This document shows, piece after piece, positions 57,128 to 64,000 of a stretch of 64,000 bases of DNA. Positions within the stretch are counted from its first letter, which is position 1. The number at the start of each line of letters is the position of its first letter. This stretch comes from Fistulifera solaris (Eukaryota), in contig AP026148.1 of the NCBI GenBank assembly GCA_030295235.1, forward strand, positions 372,001 through 436,000. The letters are read 5' to 3'. The notes under the pieces were generated by a model. The model ran no database searches. It was not told the origin of the DNA and was given only the letters and a program-made list of their open reading frames with translations. A program made the translations under genes and the position numbers.

Positions 57128-59405
57128 ATGGCGATGACTTGGAATCGAAACGCTTTGCTAACTACCCTTTTCCTTTGGGTGCTGCTACTTGTGCAAAGCA
57201 CACCGACCAGCAACTATGGCGGTCGAAAGCTGTTCGGTATTCGGAAACGCCGTGAACGGCGTAAAAGAGAAGCCGCTGCTTACATCAAACTCCGACAAGC
57301 GGGTATTTCCGAGGTCGGTCACACGAAAGAAGCAAAGGCTCTCCGAGACTACAAGCTGCGAAAGAAAAAGAGAAAGGGTTTGGGTGTCCTTCGCAGGGTG
57401 ATAAAAGCCTCGCGGCTTCCCTTTTCCCAGGAGTCACTCCCGAGGCTTACCAGCCCGGAGAGAAAGTTTTCATGATTACGGAGCTGATCCAGTCGAAGAA
57501 AACGCACGTTCCTTTTCAGTTTTATGATCTTCCCGGATGTGGGGAACCCTCGTTTCTCAAGACCTTTGAGCGACAAGCAAAGCGCCACCAACGAAAGAAT
57601 TTGGGTGCCCGTTTGCAAGGTATGGGTCTGAACCCAGCTCCATTTGAAATGAGGGTACTTGAAAACAAAGGCTGTACAGCTCTATGTGAAGTTAATTTGC
57701 CGGCGAGACCAATCAAGTGGTTGCGCAAGTTGATCAATCAACAATATCGCATTCACCTTTCATTCGACCAACTGCCAGTTTTAATGAGATCTTCGAAAAT
57801 GAACTATGCTGTTAGAGGGTACCCAATCGGGTTCAAAGCTCCTCCATCATACACCGGTAGATCACAAGACGAGTTCTTTCTCTACAATCATCTCAAGTTT
57901 ATGATTCATTACCAGAAAGATGCTCAGTCGGGCGGCGTCTTTATCACAGGGTTCGATGTGTATCCGGTATCATATACGCATGCTACTGATGGCGCCACCT
58001 GTCCCGGCTCAGGATCCTCCCACTTTCGTAGAAGACTCGATGAAGACGATGATTTCGACGACGAAAATGAAGGAGTAGTGGTTGAAGACGACGATCAAAA
58101 TGAAGAGGAATCTACTGAGGAGGACACCGAGGAAGACGGCATCACCGAAATTGTTAATGATCCGGAGACTTACTTGCAGTTACGAGTAGGCGCAGAGGGA
58201 GAGGCGCTAAGAGTCGTCTACTCATATGAAATTCATTGGGAGGAATCTGATCTTTCGTGGGCAGACCGGTGGGACGTGTATTTGATTGGCAGCGCTGATG
58301 ATGACATCCATTTCTTTGCCATTATCAACTCTTTAATGATTGTTTTGTTTCTGACGGGCGCAATCGCTACTATTATGATCCGTACGCTGAAGAAAGATAT
58401 CTCGGCATACAATGATGTCCTTCTATTGGAAGATGGAACTGAAGAAACCGGATGGAAGCTTATTCACGGAGATGTATTCAGATCGCCTTCGACATCACCT
58501 CTTGCATTATCAGTATTGGTTGGAACAGGTTCTCAAATTGGCATGGCATTCTTCATTACGCTCATGGCTGCATGCTTCAGACTTGTCAATCCGATCAAGA
58601 AGGGACAGTTTCTAACAGCCATATTGATCGTCTACGTCTTATGTGGTTCTATTTCTGGCTATGTTAGCGCAAGGATATACAAATTCTGCGACGGAAAGAA
58701 CTGGAAAATGAACACGATGCTTACAGCTGGAGCACTTCCTGGTTCCTTGTTTGGTATTTTTACCGTCCTTAACTTGCTTCTCGGTCTTCGTGGAGCTTCA
58801 ACGGCTGTTTCTTTCCTGACTCTGCTGGGAATATTTGCTCTCTGGGTGTGTGTCTCGTCACCGCTTGTGTTCGTGGGTAGCTTTTTTGGCTATCGCGCCG
58901 ATCGAGTTGAAATCCCATCCAAAGTCAATCAGATAGCTAGAGTTATACCGGACTCTCCATGGTACAGTACACCGCCTCTTTCGTATTTCCTCGGCGGCAT
59001 TCTTCCTTTCGGAAGCGTTTGCATCGAACTCTTCTTTATCATGAGTGCTTTGTGGCTGCATCAGATCTACTACGTCATGGGGTTCTTGCTGACTGTCTTA
59101 CTCGTGTTGGCGGCAACATGCGCAGAAGTCACCATTGTGATGACTTATCTACAGCTTTGTGCCGAGGATCACCGATGGTGGTGGAAGTCTTTCGCCAACT
59201 GCGCGTCTGCAGGCGTCTATCTATTTGGATACAGTCTCTGGTTTCTCTGGACTCGTTTGGAGCTAGAAGGGTTTCTCCCGAGACTCGTATATATTTCTTA
59301 TATGGGCATGATCAGTCTTTGCTTCGGTATCTGCTGCGGCAGTCTTGGTTTTTGTGTGCCTTTTATTTCAACAAGACAATTTATGGAGCCCTGAAATTTG
59401 ATTAA
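57128..59405 (+). CDS. Transmembrane 9 superfamily (EMP70/nonaspanin); T-run frameshifts near 57423 and 59350
   Basis: Restored FFPGVTPEAY, YNHLKF, WADRWDVYL, IHFFAIINSL, ETGWKLIHGDVFR, GGILPFG, QLCAEDHRWWW; restored end IYGALKFD*. Confidence 0.93.
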
Positions 59406-59889
59406 AGGCAATTGTTCTGACATTCTTACATGACATAAACATTCTTTGAGCGCATACATGGCGTAGGCACAACTTGGAAGAGTGCACGTGAGGACTTATT
59501 TGAGGCCGGACATCTTTTAATTCTCTCTCAAATGTAGCAGTTGCCTCCCTAGTATTTTAACTCTAGTAGCTAGAGGGACATGTTTCAAGTTTCAAGTAGA
59601 ATTTCGTCACCCCGTCAACCGCCATTTGGTTTTGACGGGACTCATACTCTGTCTTACAATGTAGAAAACATGATGTGTCATTCTTTGCACTAAGGTCCAA
59701 ACAGTTACACGCGGTGCGTCAGCGGTTAGCGAAACGACGCGCCGCAAGAGCGAGCAGTGTGCTGTGTGCTGCATTCGGGGCTGTTACCTGGTACCCTGTT
59801 ACGCCTTTTGTTGTTGTGCAAAAGGGAAGGATTCATAAAAGTACTAGTCATTTCTTTTCTGAGTTTTGTTTTCTTATCGGGGTTGAAAT

Positions 59890-60338
59890 ATGGCTCTTGA
59901 ACTATTCACTAAGAAGTTTATGGACGTGGCTGCTAAGGCTTACAAGGGAGCCGTCGCGTCCGAGCTCAACAAAATTGGTGGGTATTCTCCGTGATCATTA
60001 TTATCTGTTCATATTGTATGTCGGTCTCGCCTTCTCACGATGTTGCCCCCCTTCGTTCGTATTCATTCAACTATGAAGGCTTACGATACGAAGACTTGCT
60101 AAATAGTAGTAAGCCTTCTGTCGAAGAAGCACTGGCTCTTGCGGATCCGGACGTTTTGAACGGCCGCATGCGTCGGTTGAAGCGTGCTTCGGACCTTTGC
60201 GTGAAGCAAAAGCGATACATCGATTACGCCGAGCCATTGCCTGTGGAAGAAGTTTTTAAACTCGAACTGTCTCACGATGTAGATAAGATAGAGGCTCGCG
60301 ATTTCGAGTTCCAAGCTTTGAACTTGCACAAGAAATAA
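59890..60338 (+). CDS. QCR7: Cytochrome bc1 complex subunit 7 (QCR7), intron 59978-60078
   Basis: Spliced ELNKIGLRYEDLL...VEEALALAD...RMRRLKRASDL. Confidence 0.85.
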
Positions 60339-60597
60339 TACAATAACACAACTTTATTTTACTTGTGCCGATGATTAGAGATGATGGTACCTTACGTCGT
60401 GCATGTCGTTAATGGGATAGTTTACACATTAATTTATAATTCGACACGTTGATTTACGGGCCCAACTATAATCGAAAAATCACGTGACAGTCTCTAGAGT
60501 GTACTCGACCCGTAAAAGACGAGAAAAGTGATCAATGTTTGTCATATTTGATTAATCATAGCTTAAATGTTAAGGCCTACCGGAGGCTTTCATCACA

Positions 60598-61569
60598 TCA
60601 ATTCGATTTGCACTTTGAATAAGTGTCACTGACGTGTTCTATTTCTGGCGCTGGACGATCCTCTCTGGATAACGACTTTACCATGTACCACATGGTGCAA
60701 TCCAACGAAGAGCATGTGACTGTTTTCTTATATCCCATTTTCTCGTATAATTTCACAGCTGCTTCATTTTCTTGATTCACGTACAGTCCCAAGGCATCCG
60801 CTTGCCATTGACTACGGGCATAGCGTTGCGCTGATTGCAACAGTCGCGTAGCGACACCACGACGCCGCCACGCGGGCGCAGTGGCCAAGTTGGAAATGGC
60901 GAGTGCGAATCCGTCGACCAGTGGATTTTCCAGCAGGGCAATTTCACAAAAGCCAAAGATCTCCCCGGTGACCGGATCTTCGGCGGTCATTTGAATGTGC
61001 TGGAACCATGTTTTGCACCGGGGCGTTAAAGCAAAATTGTGATTGCACCATACGTTGTTCTCACCTGTGCATGTTGCCGCTCTCTGTATGAGTGTTTTGA
61101 AGGTCCCAGTGGAGCCAAGACTCCACCAATACTGCAGTAAAAGTTGATCGGATACATCCTCCAGAGAATTAATCTTATTTCCGTCGATGTCTATTGTCGT
61201 GATACGCTGTCTCAGTTGCTCTCGGGCACGAGAAAAAGATGATTTTCCTGATTCAATAGCACGACATCTACCCTTTAGGAGCTCTTCGATATCACTTTGG
61301 GCAAACATTTGGTCTAGTTTGGACGACAAAGAAAACCATCCTCCTCGGTCGGGTGTAGAAGCCGTGGAAAGAAACACCGCTGCTTTCGCCAGATCTTCTT
61401 CCCGAGCTGTCCGTATGCGTAATCGAGACGAGTCGACCGATGTTGGTTTGATGTTAGTGGTCTTCGGAAGATTTATGAAAAAGGCGGTCGTTGCACTCGG
61501 TTGACTCATCGATGCAAAAGCAAGTAAGACAAGCCGACTGGCCCACGGATAGTTCAGGAATCGAGTCAT
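60598..61569 (-). CDS. GNAT acetyltransferase, probably plastid-targeted
   Basis: ISNLATAPAWRRRGVATRLL (motif A), LYVNQENEAAVKLYEKMGY; signal peptide plus TAFF. Confidence 0.85.
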   Translation of the reverse strand: MTRFLNYPWASRLVLLAFASMSQPSATTAFFINLPKTTNIKPTSVDSSRLRIRTAREEDLAKAAVFLSTASTPDRGGWFSLSSKLDQMFAQSDIEELLKGRCRAIESGKSSFSRAREQLRQRITTIDIDGNKINSLEDVSDQLLLQYWWSLGSTGTFKTLIQRAATCTGENNVWCNHNFALTPRCKTWFQHIQMTAEDPVTGEIFGFCEIALLENPLVDGFALAISNLATAPAWRRRGVATRLLQSAQRYARSQWQADALGLYVNQENEAAVKLYEKMGYKKTVTCSSLDCTMWYMVKSLSREDRPAPEIEHVSDTYSKCKSN

Positions 61570-61987
61570 TAGAAATTCTTTTATCGATAAAGCGTACGAA
61601 ATTCCAGCTGTCTATAAAGCTAAGAGGGTTAATAAAAGATTGCCAACGCCAATGGTCATACTTCTCGTTTTATGATGTTGACTTTCAACGAAAGCAAAAG
61701 GTACGTCCTCCTCCGGGTTTGTTATAGAGTAGTTCAACCTTTAACCCTTTCGGCCTTAATTCCTATAATTCGACTTAGCAGAGAAGGTTGATAGAAACTT
61801 GTTAACTGTGTTTCAATGAAACGTCGCCACGTTGTCGCGGTGGAAACACTGATCAAAATAGAAAAAAAGACTGCTGACATTTCAGTTTCGCTAGCCGGAA
61901 AGTCTCATGATTGAAATCCGTTCTCCGTGAATTTGTGAGTCAAAACATTCAAAAATGCATCAAGACTGGACCGACCCATTCATCCTG

Positions 61988-62398
61988 TCACCATAGGTTA
62001 CTACTTCCTCGATGAAAGGGTATATAAGAATCTCCATAAAGTTGCATGCGCAACAGTTCCTGTGCACCGATTACCAGAATCACAAATAAAAGTCCCGCAT
62101 AGAGAGTTTCGGCAAGTTCGTAGTCTGACTCCACTAAATGAGCAAACCATTTCAGAAAAGGTCCGTTTTTCTTGCTTTTAGGATCGAAGAACGGCGTATC
62201 CAAAAAAGCATCTACCTTCTTTTGGAAAGACTCACGGCCGCTATTGGTCTCGTTCTCGTCGCTGTCGGTTGCATATAAGCCCGATAGACGTCCCTCAACG
62301 TCACTTTTTCGCAATGTTGTCGCAGAAGAATGAAGAAGAAACGCAGTGCATCTTGTAGAGAAGCATACAAGTGTCAGGAATACAAAATCCAATTTCAT
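61988..62398 (-). CDS. Small probable plastid membrane protein of unknown function
   Basis: MKLDFVFLTLVCFSTRCTAF bipartite presequence; FLDTPFFDP; one TM helix followed by QELLRMQLYG. Confidence 0.65.
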   Translation of the reverse strand: MKLDFVFLTLVCFSTRCTAFLLHSSATTLRKSDVEGRLSGLYATDSDENETNSGRESFQKKVDAFLDTPFFDPKSKKNGPFLKWFAHLVESDYELAETLYAGLLFVILVIGAQELLRMQLYGDSYIPFHRGSSNLW

Positions 62399-62866
62399 TT
62401 TCCCCCCATTATCCAGTATGGACAACTTCTGCTTTCTCACTGTTTTGTAAAACGGGTGTTGTTTTGTTACTTTGTATTGTGGGTGCACACTCGCTATAGA
62501 GTCAGTGTGGGCGGGCGGGGTAGATCGTGGGCGGGCGGGTCGAGTGATCTGGCGTCTGTCATTGTACGGAATGTTGGTCTAAAAAATTCGAAGAAGATGT
62601 TCGTGTTTCAAACTACTGTGCGTACAAAGTAGGAAAGCACCATCGATGATGATTCTGAATGATCTTGCATAACCAGCAAAACGTTTCGTCTTCGTTGTTC
62701 ATGAATCATGAATAATTCATGAGAGATGATGCAATGCAATGCAATGCATGTCATTCATTCGTCACATTCTAATACCTGGTATCTTGTCATCTCATTGACC
62801 TTCCTACATTGTAGAGATTCTTCGCGAAGTTCAGGATAAATTGTTCTGTCCTCCCATGCAACAAGG

Positions 62867-64000
62867 ATGTTCATTCCGATACCTTTTCATTCGTACTTGC
62901 TGAGGAAATTGTCAGAGGACGAATCTCTGGGGGGAGATTTGGATGTTTTCGATGATTTCGACTTTGCGAAACGTCAACTGGAAGCAGATTTAAGCAGCAC
63001 TCACGACGAAACTGAGGTTAGCAGTCTTGTTTGGGAAGTGGAGAGCAGAAGGGAGTCGTCGTCACTGGAAGAAGCAGAAGTATACACAAACTACCTTGAT
63101 TCGGAATCACTAGCAGAGCCTATCCACCTGCTTCCTTTTCTTTCGATTCACTTGCGTGATCGCGATCAATTCTCCTCACCTGCCACAACCCAAACTATAG
63201 ATGATGAAGTCGAAAAACATTGCAGTATTTCAACGATTAATGGCTATGAAATATGGTGGGGAGTTGAAGAAGCGACGAGTCCTTTTTGTAATCCGCCAAT
63301 AGCTCCGACAATAGACATCTTATCGGTGACGGGGTATTCTTCCGACGGTTCATCCACGGAAATAACGGATAACGTTACGCAAGGTGAAAAATCAACGTTA
63401 CAATCCCAAGAATCTGGTGTACATCGATCGCCAGCAATTCCTAGGATTATTGAATTTAAGTCCGACCAACAATCAGCTGCCGTTCATCAAGATAGCTGGT
63501 TGTTCGATCCTGTAGAAAATCTCGTTTTTGGGAAGCCTCCCTTGACATGTAATGATGATGATGCACTGGGGTTGGCATGCTCTCAACTGCAAGAGTTTCT
63601 CGCAAGCCACGTTAAGTTCCGACGATCGGAAACTACATGCGCAAGCATTTGTAAGACTTTACATCAGTATCCGCAGATCGCACAAGTGCGGTATCATGTG
63701 TCATTGGTAGACCAACAGGAAGATGAAAAGAGTTTTAACGTACCCTGCTATCCATTATCAATATTCAGTGCCACTGGTCATCTTCAAGGCGTTAAATCAT
63801 TTTATGAAGCGTTTCCAGAAGCCATTGGCTTTTTTTGACAAAGGGCTAGGAACAGCTCTGCATTATGCATGCTATTGCAGTGAAAGCGTCTCGGTCGTTC
63901 AGTTCTTACTCGATCGATTTCCCGACGCTGCAAGAATCACAAATCGCCAGTATCAATCGCCATTACACCTGGCATGTTCTGCCAGTTCGGTGCAAAATAG
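62867..64000 (+). CDS. Ankyrin-repeat protein (3' end beyond window); T-run frameshift near 63833
   Basis: Removing one T at ~63833 continues into GTALHYAC...VVQFLLDRFPDAA...SPLHLAC ankyrin-like repeats. Confidence 0.7.

Noticed and set aside
3..59405. Trafficking or biomineralisation gene cluster (NPC1, RME-8, p24, GT10, TM9SF, secreted proteins)
   Set aside because: The genes are dispersed among unrelated housekeeping genes; no evidence of clustering beyond chance.
3860..63840. Programmed ribosomal frameshifting or an alternative genetic code as the explanation for split ORFs
   Set aside because: Shifts go in both directions, share no slippery-plus-stop motif and sit at homopolymers; assembly error is simpler.

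Overview
Gene-dense eukaryotic nuclear DNA, most likely from a (pennate) diatom. This rests on short GT-AG introns, bipartite plastid presequences (signal peptide plus AF-like motif), RxL pro-peptide secreted proteins and a Gly/Lys-repeat biosilica-type protein. About 34 protein genes can be reconstructed. Named families are NPC1/Patched-like, histidine phosphatase, ferroportin, C19orf12-like, RME-8/DNAJC13, dephospho-CoA kinase, a CMP-kinase-like P-loop protein, aspartyl aminopeptidase, an SBP-like Zn-finger protein, p24, a GT10 fucosyltransferase, Dph6, YGGT, MenE/AAE14, two HIBCH paralogues, MINDY, MsrB, NASP-like, MYCBP, TrmO, CSA/ERCC8, TM9SF, QCR7, GNAT and an ankyrin protein; the rest are of unknown function. 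About 25 single-base frameshifts, nearly all at homopolymer runs, break otherwise intact genes and most likely reflect an unpolished assembly. The most interesting signals are: (1) a secreted KxxK Gly/Lys-repeat silaffin/cingulin-like protein whose signal peptide is hidden by two frameshifts; (2) a ~230-nt intergenic element folding into about eight helices (candidate ncRNA); (3) tandem secreted proteins built from an 18-Cys module; (4) a MenE-like ligase and an HIBCH paralogue, both ending in SKL, next to a second HIBCH copy that shares a 411-nt identical tract; (5) a recurrent palindromic TACC(T)GGTA upstream motif. No rRNA, tRNA, CRISPR array or recognisable transposon ORF was seen. All family calls come from motif recognition, not database searches.
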